A stretch of 51,513 nucleotides of DNA from contig CAWJMT010000022.1 of assembly GCA_963844035.1 (NCBI GenBank), forward strand, positions 1 through 51,513, read 5' to 3'. Shown here piece after piece: positions 29,350 to 41,927 of this stretch. The position numbers were made by a program, and so were the translations under genes. Position 1 is the first letter of the stretch. Every line of letters starts with the position of its first letter. The notes beneath the pieces are model-generated. The model did not search any database and was not told where the DNA came from. It saw nothing but the letters and a program-made list of their open reading frames with translations. The DNA comes from an uncultured Gemmatimonadales bacterium (GTDB lineage Bacteria; Gemmatimonadota; Gemmatimonadetes; Gemmatimonadales; GWC2-71-9).

Positions 29350-31420
29350 TCAGCCCAGGTCGCGCCGCCAGTCCCACTCGGGCGCGATGACCGGCGTCCC
29401 CTCGGTGTCCTCGACTTCTCGGCGCCAGGCCACGCGCTGGCCGACGCTGGCGCGCAAGTGCCAGCGAAAGGTCTTGCTGGCGTCGTCCACGGCCTCCTTG
29501 ATCGCCGCGAGACGGTCATACACCCGCGTCATCACCTCTTCTGAGAGCCCATAGTCGTCGACCATGGCGATCACGACGTCGAGGTTCGTGGTGAGGTCGT
29601 GATACAGCCCCCAATCGCGGGAGCATACGTCGGCCATGTGCTTCACGTCGATCGACACTCCGTCGTTCGTGTCGCGCAGCGGCACGTCCTTGCAGAGGGC
29701 GATCACATCGTGGACGTCCTTCTGGTTGATCTTGCCGATCTGCAGCTTGGCGATGAGCGCGTCGGCAGGCGTGATGGCGTAGTCGTCGATGTCGAGTCGC
29801 TCGCGCACGTCGAGGTCGTGGTCCATGCGCATCAGGTCGAGGAAGATGTCGACGTGGTCGACGAGCGGCGGCTCATACGGCGTGTGGCCGGCCGCCGCCT
29901 CCGCTTGGGCGCGCTCCTCCTTCAACGCCTCGATCTTGACGTACTGCAGCTGACCCGCGGCGGTGGCCTGTGAGACGTAGTGATTCTCGTCGTAGCCAAG
30001 GGCGGAGAACACCTCGTGAAGCTCCTTGCTCTGCGACGAAAGCCCGATGAAGTCGATGTCGGAATACTCGCGGTCCATGAACTCCAGATCGATACAGTAG
30101 CGCCGGATGGCAAGCCCACCGGTAAGGCGCAGCTGGGCGCCGCGTACGCGGGCCGCATCGATGATCGCCATCGCCTCGGCCATCAAGCGGTCGGCGCGCC
30201 GCAGAGGAGCCTGTTGCTCGCCGGCGCCCGACTTGAGCACGGCGCCCTGGGAAGCGGTGCCGGACATGCTGCGCAGATCCTCGAGGGGGTGAAGGACAGC
30301 GTCGAGGACGTGCCGCGCCAGGTACACCCGCGGCCAGCGCTTCTCGCCCCACTCGGAAAGCAGGCCCTTGGCCTCGAGCTCGCGGACTGCGCGGCGCGCG
30401 GTCGGGTTGGTGACGCCCAGCACGCGCTGTGCTTCGGGGACCGTGATGCAGGGCGTGCGGAACAGCTCGTCGGCGAGCGCCAGCGCGTGGCCCTTCACCT
30501 TCTCGCGGTCGCGGGCGTGGTGCCGGATGAGCGCCCGCGCCTGTCGCGTCGCTCGGTCGGCCGTCTCGCGCACGCCCGTCGCGAAGAACGTCAGCCATGG
30601 CACCCAGTCGGCGTGCGTGCGCACGCGCTGCAACAGGGCGTAGTACTCGTCGCGATGACCCTCGAAGTAGGCCGAGAGGTAGAGCAGCGGGCGCGTGAGG
30701 CGCTGCCGCTCGATGAGGAACAGCGTGATGAGCAGCCGGCCGAGGCGCCCGTTACCGCCCACGAACGGGTGGATGCTCTCGAACTGCGCGTGCATCATGG
30801 CGCACTGCACGAGGTCGGGGAGCCTGCCCCTCTCCTGGAGAAACGCCTCCCACGCGGCGAGCGCGCCCGGCAGCTCGGACATCGGCGTCGGCACGTAGGT
30901 CGCGGTGGCCAGCGTCGCCCCGGGCGGGCCGATCCAGTTCTGCGAGGTCCTGAACTCGCCCGGGGTGCGAGCCGCGCCCACCTCGTCGCGCAGCAGCTGC
31001 ACGTGCAGCGCGCGGATGAAGTCGAGCGACAAGCGGCTCTTCGCGCAGGCGCTCGACGCCGAAGCGCAGGGTGGAGATGCAGCTGCGCACTTCGCGCAGG
31101 TGCTCGCGCTGCACGCTCGGGTCGGCGGCCGCGACCTGGTCCAGGAGCAGGTCGGAGAGGCTGACCTGGGCGCCCTCGATGCGCGACGAGCAGAGCGCCT
31201 CCTGGCGCTTGAACGGGGCGTCGAGCAGCTGTGGGTCGGGTAGCTCGCCGCCGACGCCGGAGAGCTCGCCGAGCGCCGCGTCGGCGCGCGAGAGCGCGAG
31301 GACCAGCTCGGGGCTGTAGGTCAGCTTCGGCGGCAGCGCGGCCGGGACGAAGGCGGCATACCCCTCGGGGCTGTCGACGACCTCGCCGGCCTCAGGAGCG
31401 CGGAACTCGGTCGGGTCCAC
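29350..31420 (-). CDS. Fic family protein (class II, C-terminal HTH) apparently fused to a Pol-beta-type nucleotidyltransferase-like domain; frameshift ~31030
   Basis: N-terminal SSRIEG inhibitory motif, PGEFRTSQNWIG, HPFVGGNGRLGR, HTH (TVPEAQRVLGVTNPTARRAVRELE), then LRLTGGLA..REYSDIDF..VDIFLD..AKLQI..KDVHD in the same 560-codon ORF. Confidence 0.8.
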
Positions 31421-31641
31421 GACATCACCTTCGCTCTTTCTGAACGGTCATGTGGTCAGCAGACAATTGAAAGCATACAGCACAATTGTTACCAATCGAT
31501 GAAGATCGTGCAAGTGCGCGGCGGCTCGGCCGCCGGCGGCGCACGGTGTCGGGAGAGCCGCTCAAGGAGTCTCATGGTCGCGCCCCGGTCGCGCAAGCGA
31601 ATCTCGCGACTCCCGCCCTCATCCGCACGCGACCGCACGGG

Positions 31642-34031
31642 TCAGGCGAAGGCCCCAGTCTCTCCGGCGAGCACTCCGCGGCACTCCTCGGCGGGAAGCG
31701 GCCGGCAGAACAGGAAGCCCTGTACCTCGTGACAACCGCGCGCCTGCAGGAATTCGAGCTGCTGCCGGGTCTCCACACCCTCTGCGACCACGCCCAGCCC
31801 CATGGCCTTCGCAAGATCGACGACGGCACCGGCGATCGCCGCGCTGCTCTCGTCCCCCGGCAACTCGGCGACAAACGAGCGGTCGATCTTGAGCCGGTCG
31901 ATCGGCAGCCGACGCAGCTGGCTGAGCGACGAGTAGCCGGTGCCGAAGTCGTCGAGAGACACTGAGACGCCCATCTCGCGCAGGCGGTGCAACACGGCAT
32001 CGGCGTGACCGGGGGTGCTGAGAGTCGCCGTCTCCGTGATCTCTATCTCCAGCAGACCCGGTTCGAGGCCGGTCTCCCTCAACGCGCCCGCGACATCGTC
32101 GATCAGGCCGGGATCGCGCAGCTGCCTCGCCGAGACGTTGACCGCCATGCGCAGTGGGTGAGCGCACAGACTCTGCCACTCGCGCGCCTGAGCGCACGCC
32201 GCACGCAGGATCTGCTGGCCCATGGGGACGATGAGCCCGGTCTCCTCCGCGAGTGCGATGAACTCCTTGGGACGGATGAGTCCTCGTTGTGGATGCCGCC
32301 AGCGGACCAGCGCCTCCACGCCGACGAAGCTGTGATCGCGCGTGTCCACCTGGGGCTGATAGTGCACGACGAATTGGCGATCGCTGACGGCGGCGTGCAG
32401 CTCGCTCTCCAGCGACAGGCGTTCGGCGGCCAGCGTGCTGAGTTCGCGGTCGTAGAACTGCTGGGCATCGCCGCCGCTCTGCTTGGCGCGCCGCATCGCC
32501 GAATGGGCGTTCTCCAGAAGAGCCTGTGCATCCCGGGCATCATTCGGATAGAACGCCAGGCCGATGCTCGCCGAGATGTAGAACGTCCTGTCGCCGAACT
32601 GCCACGGTTCCCGCAACGCGTCGAGCATCCTGTCGGCGGCAAGGACCGCGTCGCGCGCCGTGCTGATCTCCGTGAGCAGGAACAGGAACTCGTTGCCGCC
32701 GGAGCGCGCCACGGAGTCGCTGTCGCGCATCAAGCCGGTGATGCGCTCGGCCACTTCGGTCAGAAGGCGGTCGCCTTGCGCGTGCCCAAGCGTATCGTTG
32801 ACGTTCTTGAAGCGATCGATGTCGAGGACCCCGATGACGAGCTTCTGACCGTGGCGTTCCGCGACGGCGACCGCCTGGTCGATCCTGTCCCTGAAGAGTG
32901 CGCGGTTGGGCAACCCGGTGACCAGGTCGCGATAGGCGAGCCGCTGCACCAGCTCCTCGGCCTGCTTGCCCTCGGTGAGGTCGGTCACGACGCCGATGCC
33001 CCCGATGACCTCTTGGCTGGGTCCGAGGAGCGGTGACGCCGCGAAGCTGATCCACATCTCCGTCGCGCTCGGCCCGACGATGAAGGGGCCCTCGTAGGTG
33101 CCCGCGTCGCCGGCGAGCGCACGCTCCATGACCGGCATGGTCCGCTGGTCGGCCACCCGACCCACAGCGGAGCCGACCAGCCGCTCTCTGGAATCACCTG
33201 CCTGCAGGACGAAACGCTCGTTGCACTCCGTGATCACCAAGTGCCTGTCGAAGAGGAAGACCCCGACCGACGACGTCTCGAAGAGCGTCTCGCTCTTCTG
33301 CCGTGAGAAGCTGAGCGCGGTCTCCACCTGCCGTCGCGCCTCCTCGGCTTCACGACGGGCGGCGATGTCCTCCTCGAGCGCCTCGGCGGTGCGGCGCAGC
33401 GCCGTCACGTTCCACTCGAGACAACTCGCCACAAGCCAGGCGACGATCGCCAGGCCGAAGAGCTCGAGGCTGACCTGTACATCGATGAGGTGCCCTGCGT
33501 CGAGACTGCTCCTCCCGGTATGGACATGGTGCAGGGCGACGAAGGAGACAGACGAGACGCCGGCCCAGATGAACGACGCCCAGGGCGCAAGCGACGAAGG
33601 CCGCGACGAAGATGGGCACGGCGAAGAGGACCTCGATCCGGTAGGGCGACGTGTAGAGGAAGAAGAACACGAGCCCGGCCGACACGCCCATGAGCTGCAA
33701 TGATCGCGGCCAGAGTGACCCGGCCGCTACGATTGAGGAGCCAGGTGGTGGCGATCAGCCCGACGAACAGCAGGTCGGTGACGATGTTGTAGGCGGCGTG
33801 CTGCGACGGCGGCAGCAGCCAGCCCACGACGTCGATGATCACGAACCCGACTCCGATGAGGAACAAGGGCACGCTCACGAAGGCCAGGAGCTGGCCGCGA
33901 CGCTGGAGCGAGGGGTCGTCGACCGAGACGCTGACGGCATCCCGTGCGAACGCCCTCAGCGAACGGCGGGACGGCGACTGCCACTGAAGTGCGTCGCCGC
34001 CGAGAGCGCCCCTGGCAAACGACGGCGTCAC
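31642..34031 (-). CDS. Membrane-anchored PAS-GGDEF-EAL protein; frameshifts in the N-terminal TM region
   Basis: TM segments, PAS, DLVTGLPNR, DIDRFKNVNDTLGH, RSGGNEF, YQPQV, EALVRW, EITE, DDFGTGYSS, LKIDRSFV, AEGVET, QGFLF. Confidence 0.88.
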
Positions 34032-34228
34032 GCGCCACGGTCCACCTCATTCGACGACATCGAACCTCTCCCCGAGTATTCCGCTCCTGCCGTCCGCACG
34101 GCAGCAGCGCGCAGGCCCGCGCACGCTGAGGGGTATCGGCAGGCTCGGCCGTGAGCATGAGAGCTGGAGAGGAGCGCCGGTACGCCGAGCGAGCCGGAGC
34201 CGCGCGTCAGAGGGGACCGCGAAGCAGT

Positions 34229-35448
<1,220 letters not shown>

Positions 35449-35614
35449 GGTTGTCCCTTCGTTCTTCCGGTCGATCGGCGCCGGACCGCACGCCATTCGC
35501 CGCGGAGACTACGCAGTCGTCTGCTCAAGATTGGCCACGCCTCGTCCGATACCTGCCACGGACACGGTCACGGATGGCCACACGGCCCTTCGGCCCGATC
35601 ACGCGAGGCAGAAC

Positions 35615-36031
35615 ATGGACGACGGCAGGATCACGGACGCCACATCGAGCTCCCTCTGCGGCACGCCGCACGCTCACGCGGAGAGCAGGCCCACCGCGCC
35701 GGCTACGACCCGCGGCGAGCCTTCGGCGGGCCGGCCGCAGGACTGCCCGCTGTGCGGCAGCGACCTCGTCTACCCGACGGACTGGCGTCAGGTCGACGCG
35801 TCTGGCTGGGACCTCGAGCTGCGCTGCCCCGAATGCCATACGGTGCGCACCGTGTGTCTCTCTCGCGAGGACGATGCACGGTTTCAACCTGCTTCTCTAC
35901 CGGAGCGCGGAGGAGCTGACCCGCGAGGCCGAGGAGCTGACGCGCCAGTGCGCCGCAGACGACGAGGCGTGCTGCAGCGCCCTGGTAGCCGCCTTGAACG
36001 CGGCGATCTCATCCTCCCGATGGACTTCTGA
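35615..36031 (+). CDS. Hypothetical protein with a CxxC..CxxC zinc-ribbon-like motif; compensating frameshifts
   Basis: CPLCGSDLVYPTDW..LELRCPEC..; C-terminus ILPMDF*. Confidence 0.65.
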   Translation: MDDGRITDATSSSLCGTPHAHAESRPTAPATTRGEPSAGRPQDCPLCGSDLVYPTDWRQVDASGWDLELRCPECHTVRTVCLSREDDARFQPASLPERGGADPRGRGADAPVRRRRRGVLQRPGSRLERGDLILPMDF

Positions 36032-36279
36032 GGCTCTTCGCGAGACTCCGCCAGCGCTTCACGCGGCACCCCCCAGGGCACCGCGGCCCGCTCCGTCCTT
36101 CATTGCTCTCGTCGGCGGGCCGGGCTATCTTGGCGGGAAGCCTGCCACGTGAGACGGGATGAGCGGACTGGATGGGAGTGCCCGTGACCCGCATTGGTGA
36201 GGGACCCGGCCTTCTCGCCACACCGGCGCATGTGAGCTTCAACCTCGTGGTCGTTCGTGGGCGGCTCAAAGTAGGCGCC

Positions 36280-37625
36280 GTGGTCACCCCACCTGAGGAT
36301 CGGCAGGGCGACTCAGGCGGCAGCTCGCAAGCCCGCAGGCGGGTGGCGGTGCGTTCGCCACGCCGGACCGGCGGATCCTGCTGCTCAGCCTCGTCCTGCA
36401 GCTCGCGCTGGCGCTGCTGTTCGGGCACTCCTACGACACGCGCGTCTTCATGGGCACGGGCTACCTGGTGGGCAGCGGGCAGAACCCGTACGTGGGCCAG
36501 GACCTCAGCGCGGTGTTCCACCACCTCGGCTTTCGCACGCCTGACCACGGTGGGCTACCCGCCGCCGTGGCCGCTCGCCCTGGGACTCCTGTACCGGGTC
36601 GTCCACGCTGGTCACGTCGAACCTCCTCGTCTACAACCTCGCCATCAAGCTCCCGGTGATCGCCGCCAACGTCGGCCTCGCCTATCTGGTCGGCGCCGTC
36701 CTCGAAGAACCTGGGCGCCGACCCGGCGACGACGCGCAGGGCCTGGGTCTTCCTGCTGCTCAACCCGTTCCTGCTGTACGTCGGCGCCGCCTGGGGGCAG
36801 ATCGACGCGCTCGTCGCGCTCGGCTCCCTGGGGGCGCTCGTCCTTCTCACGAGGGAGCGCCGGGACGGCTCGGCCGGCCTGCTGGCCCTGTCCATCGCCG
36901 TCAAGCCGACGGCCCTGCCCGTCCTGCCGGTCGCCCTCGTGTACCTCGCCGGCAGGTCTCTCGGGCAGGCCGTGCGCTACGCCGCGGTGTTCGCAGGAGG
37001 CGTGCTCGTCTTCTGCCGTGCTCCCCTTCGCCGTCTTCGCCTGGGACCCGGCCACGGTGGTGCGCCACCTCAACGCCCACTTCGTGATGACGGGCACGAT
37101 GTCGTTGATGACCGTCGTCAGGCTCTTCCGCGACCCGCTGCTCATGCAGGGGCACTGGTGGCTCCTCGGCCTGCTCTGGATCCCGGCGCTGGCGGTCGCG
37201 ACCGCCGTCGCGTTGCGGCGCGGCGTCGACGGCTTCGACGACCTCGTGAGAGGCCAGCACCGCGCTGGTGCTGGTGTTCTTCCTCACGCGCACCTGGCTC
37301 GCCGAGCCCAACGTGATCCTCCTCCTCCCCCTCGTGCTGATCCTGACGTCGCTGGGCGAGCTCGACCGGCGCGCCCTCACGGCGGTCTGGGTCATCCCTC
37401 TGCTGTTCACGGTGTTCAACGCCTCGCCGCTGCAGCTGCTCTTCGTCGCGTTTCCCGACGCCATGCAGGCGTCGCTCGCTGTCGTCGCCCGGTACGGATC
37501 CGCCACGCTGGTCGTGCGCGCCGCCCTGGTGATCGCCTGGCAGATCGCGGGGTGGTGGATCGTCGTCTCGTGCTTCAGAAGGGCTCGGCCGGCGACACGA
37601 CGAAGGAGCCGTGCGGTGGAGCTGA
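36280..37625 (+). CDS. Polytopic membrane GT-C-type glycosyltransferase (GT87/DUF2029-like), frameshifted
   Basis: First TM followed by GHSYD, QNPY, GYPPPWPL, YNLAIKLPVIAANV, FLLLNPFLLYVGAAWGQID, LSIAVKP; many TM helices. Confidence 0.65.
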
Positions 37626-38460
37626 GCATCCCGCTGTTCGACGGTCTCTCGCTGAGCGATCGCCGACCAGTCGGGCGACGCGGGCGAGCTACCCGACCAC
37701 GGCGCCTGCAGAAGGGCCTCCTGCTGCTCGACGGGCGAGAGGAGCTGGCCGAGGAGGGCGTCGGGCTTCGGGGTCCCCATCCTCAAGCGCGGGGTCCAGA
37801 CGATCTTCCCGGGCGAGGTGGAGCTGGCCTGGCGGCGAGAGGGCCCGGTCTGGGAAGTGACGCGCCGTCTTCGCGATGGACCTCGTCGAGCGCCTCGCCA
37901 AGCCGGGCGGCGCCAGCCTGCAGTCCGGCGTGCTCTACGCCGCCAAGGACTCCCTGGCCGCGCTGCACCGCCGCGTGCCCCCGCTCCGCGGCCCGCTGAC
38001 GGCCGCGTCCACCGCCTTGCGGCGCCTGTTCGGGTGGGTGACGACCTACGAGCAGGCGGAGGTCTGCGCCAAGCTGAACGGTGACGTACACCATCGACGG
38101 CGAGCGACGGGACGATCAGCGTCGCCGTCGACACGACCGGTCTGCCGCAGGACGTCACCGAGGTCGTCGATGATGAACGAGCAGGGCGGCGCGTCACTTC
38201 GACCGCTACACCGATGCCGACGGAGCCGACCTGCGCGGCGACGAGATCGGCACCTGGGACGAGGTGACGGCCGCGCGGCGCGCGCTTCGTCGAGCACGGC
38301 GCACAAGGTGGCGTTCTCCCTCGGGCAGGTGGAAGGGGCGCGGCTGAGCCGCGGCCGGGAGCTCGTCGGCTCGCGCCTCGCCTGGTCGGGCTTCGGCTAC
38401 TCCCTGCCCCCGGCGCTCGGCGGCTTCGCCTACGAGGTGCGCATCGAGAGGACGCCATGA
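37616..38460 (+). CDS. Hypothetical soluble protein, frameshifted
   Basis: AAGGAG RBS and GTG start; ELSIPLFDGL..YPT.RLQKGLLLLDG.EELAEEGVG.GVPILK..MNEQGG..GRELVGSRLAWSGFGY; ATGA overlap with the next gene. Confidence 0.6.
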
Positions 38461-39815
38461 CCTCGGTGCTGCTGATCTATCCGTTCTTCCGCCGCCGGCT
38501 CGACCGCTCGCGCTTCCGCTTCCCGCCGCTCGGCGTCGCCTACGTGGCCGCCGCCCTGCAGGAGGCGGGGCACGAGGTGCGGGTGCTGGACTGCACCTTC
38601 CTGCAGCCGCGACGAGGCCGCGCGGCTGGCGCTGGCGGCGCGGGCCGACGTCGTCGGCATCTACTGCATGGCGACGATGGAGGACGACTGCCTGCTGGTT
38701 CGCGCGAGCATCTGCGCGGCCGCTGCCGTCTGCTCGTCGCCGGCGGCCCGCTGCCCACCTGCGACCCCGACGCCTTTCTCGAGCACTTCGACGTCGTCGT
38801 GCGCGGAGAGGGCGAGCAGACGATGCGCGAGCTCCTCGCCGCCCACGAGGCCGGCGCCGACCTCGGCGCCGTGCCGGGCGTCGCGTGCCGGCGCGCGGCG
38901 GGCGCGGCGCCGGCTGCGCGCCTCCGCGCCCGTTCGCCCGCGACCTCGACGCGCTCCCCTTCCCCGCGCGCGAGCTGCTCCCCAACGCGCGCTACATCGC
39001 GTTCGGCAGCGAAGAGCTACGGCTACTCGATCACCACGGTCATGAGCACCCGCGGCTGCCCCTTCGCCTGCGAGTTCTGCAGCAACGTCGTGTTCGGGCA
39101 GTCCTACCGCGAGCGCTCGGCGCAGAACGTCGTCGACGAGATCGAGGAGGCCTCGCGCTGGGCTACGACCGCATCTCGTTCGCCGACGACGTGTTCACCC
39201 TGAACGCCGCCGGGTGCTGGAGATCTGCGCGGAGATCCGGCGGCGGCGGCTCCGCTTCGCCTGGGAGTGCCTGGGTCGCGTCGATACCTTCGACCACGCG
39301 ACCGCGCGGGCGATGAAGGACGCCGGCTGCTTCCGCATCTTCTTCGGCATCGAGTCCGGCAACGACGAGATCCTGAAGCTGATGAACAAGCAGATCACGA
39401 CGGCGCAGGCGCGGAGCGCCGTCGAGGCGGCGCACCGCGCGGGGCTGGAGGTGGGGGCCTTCTTCATCCTCTGCTACCCCGGCGAGACCGACGACACCGT
39501 GCTCGACACGCTGCGCTTCGCCACCTCGCTGCCGCTGGACTACGCTCGGTCTCACGATGCCCTACCCGCTCCCCGGCACCGCCCTGCTCGAGCGGGTCGG
39601 CGACCGGGTCACGCGCCCATGGCGTCCGCAGGAGGCCCTGCTCGTGAACCACGTGCTCACCTACGAGGGCGACTTCTCGGCGCTGAAGATGCGCTTCGCC
39701 CTGCTCAAGGGCCACGCGCAGTTCGAGATGAAGCGGCGGCTGGGGACGCTTGGCGCCGGCCGCCCTCAGGCTCTTCGAGAGGCCCACCGACAGGCTGTTC
39801 CGGCTGCTGAAGTAG
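38457..39815 (+). CDS. Cobalamin-binding-domain radical SAM protein, frameshifted
   Basis: [63 protein letters not shown]. Confidence 0.88.
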
Positions 39816-39833
39816 CGCCGGCCTGACCGCGGC

Positions 39834-41156
39834 CTAGCCTCGCGCCGCCCCGGCCGCCGCCGCGCCGCGAACGCCGCCATCGTCTCGTCGATCCGGCGCC
39901 GCAGCCAGCTCTCGTCGATGTCGGACGGGAAGACGAAGGTGACCTCGTTCTCGCGCGTCCAGTCCCTGCCCTCGTCCGGCGCGCCCAGGCGCTCGAACAG
40001 CTTCGAGCCCGGCAGCGGCATGGGGACGTTGAAGGAGATCTCGTCGAGGGGCAGCGCCAGCGCCAGCGCGAAGGTCTCCTCGATGGAGGCGACGGTCTCG
40101 CCCGGGTAGCCGACGATGAAGAACGCCGCCACCTCGATGCCGGCCTCGCGATACAGCTCCGCGGCGCGCACGCCCTGCTCCACGCGTGACCTGCTTGTTC
40201 ATCAGGTCGAGCGTGGCCTGGCTGCCCGACTCGAGGCCCAGGTAGACCCGCCGGCAGCCGGCCTCCTTCATCAGGCGCACCGTCTCCGCGGTGATCCCGT
40301 TGGCGCGCGAGAGGCAGCTCCAGGTCATGCCCAGCGCCGGCGATGCGCCGGCAGAACTCCTCGAGGTAGGCCTGCGTTCAGGGTGAAGGTGTCGTCGGCG
40401 ATCCACAGGCTGTCGTAGCCCAGCGCCGCGGATCTGCTCGATCTCCTCGAACACCGCGTCGAGGTCGCGCCGGCGGACGACGCTGCCGAAGATCGGCTTG
40501 GAGCAGAAGTCGCAGCCGAACGGGCAGCCCAGCGTGGCGATGATCGAGGTGGTCTTCGACCCGGTCTTCTCGCAGCCACTCCTTCTGATAGGCGGCATGG
40601 TCGAAGTCGCTCCTGTCCGGCAGAGGGAACGAGGCCATCTCGCTCTCGCCGATGGTGGACGGTCGGGTTGTCCACGTGCAGGCCGTGGTCGGCGACGAAG
40701 AGGCCGCCGTAGGTGGCGAGCGGCAGCTCGCCCAGGTCCGCGGCGGGGACGCCGCCTGCGCGAAGTAGTCGCGGCAGAAGCGAGGGAAGCTCACGTCGGC
40801 CTCGCCGCGGAACACGGCGTCGAAGTGCTGCGTGTAGCGGCCCGGGAACACGGTGGGCAGCGGCCCGCCGGCGACGAGCAGGGCCTGCGGCAGGCTCGTC
40901 CGGACCATCTCCGCGACGCGCAGCGTGTTGCGCGGTCAGGCTGACCATGGAGTAGATGCCGACGATGTCCGGGCGGTAGGCGGCCAGGTCGGCGCGGAGC
41001 TGCTCGAAGGTGCCGAAGGTGCAGTCGAAGACCCTCGTCTCGATCCCGAGCCGGCGCAGCTGGGCGGCGAGCGTGGCTGCGCCGAGCGGCGGGAACAGCA
41101 TCTCGGTGGCCGCTCTGCGTGCGGAAGTACGGGAACACCAGGGCGACTCTTGACAT
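39834..41156 (-). CDS. Second cobalamin-binding-domain radical SAM protein (convergent paralog), frameshifted
   Basis: [63 protein letters not shown]. Confidence 0.88.
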
Positions 41157-41271
41157 GTCGTTCCTCTGTCGAGGTCGACCGGCCGGCGCGGCAGCGGACT
41201 CGTGATGATAGTGCCCGAGGGCTCGCGCGCGGTAACGCGGCCGCGCGGGCACAGAGGGTACACTGACGGTC

Positions 41272-41833
41272 GTGAACGCCGGAACAGAGAAAGAGAAGAT
41301 GATCGCCGGCCGGCTCTACCGCTGCGCCGATGCGGAGCTGGTCGCGGCGCGCATCCATGCCCGGCAGGTGGTGCGCGCCTACAATGCCACCGACCCCGCG
41401 GCCGAGCACGAGCGGCGCGCCCTGCTGGCCGGGCTCTTCGCGCAGTTCGGCGAGGGCGCCGTGCTCGAACCTCCGTTCCACTGCGACTACGGCTGGAACA
41501 TCTCGCTGGGCGACGGCGCCTACGTCAACGTGAACTGCGTGATCCTCGACTGCGCCCCCGTGACCATCGGCGCGCTCTCGCTGATCGGCCCGGGCGTGCA
41601 GCTGTGCGCCGCCACGCACCCGGTCGACCCTGCGCAGCGAGAGGCCGGCCACGAGTACGCGCTGGCCGATCGTCCTCGGCAGAAACGTGTGGATCGGAGC
41701 AGGTGTCGGTGTCGGGGCGGGCGTGACGGTCGGCGAGAACAGCGTCGTGGGGGCCGGCAGCGTCGTCACCCGTGACGTGCCCGCGGACGTCGTCGCGGCG
41801 GGCAACCCCTGCCGCGTGCTGCGCGACCTCTGA
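41272..41833 (+). CDS. maa: Sugar O-acetyltransferase (maltose O-acetyltransferase family), frameshift ~41670
   Basis: [64 protein letters not shown]. Confidence 0.9.
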
Positions 41834-41927
41834 GCTGCTGGGTCGCCGGCGGCCGACTCGACCAGGAGGGCCGGCGGCGGGACCTCGATCCGGGAGCGGC
41901 CCGCCTCGTGAGCAGCCTGCGCGGCCG

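Noticed and set aside
36130..36280. Possible cobalamin riboswitch upstream of the GT/B12-rSAM cluster (GGGAAG, GCCAC fragments)
   Set aside because: The conserved B12-box elements are not present in the right order and spacing by eye; would need an Infernal scan
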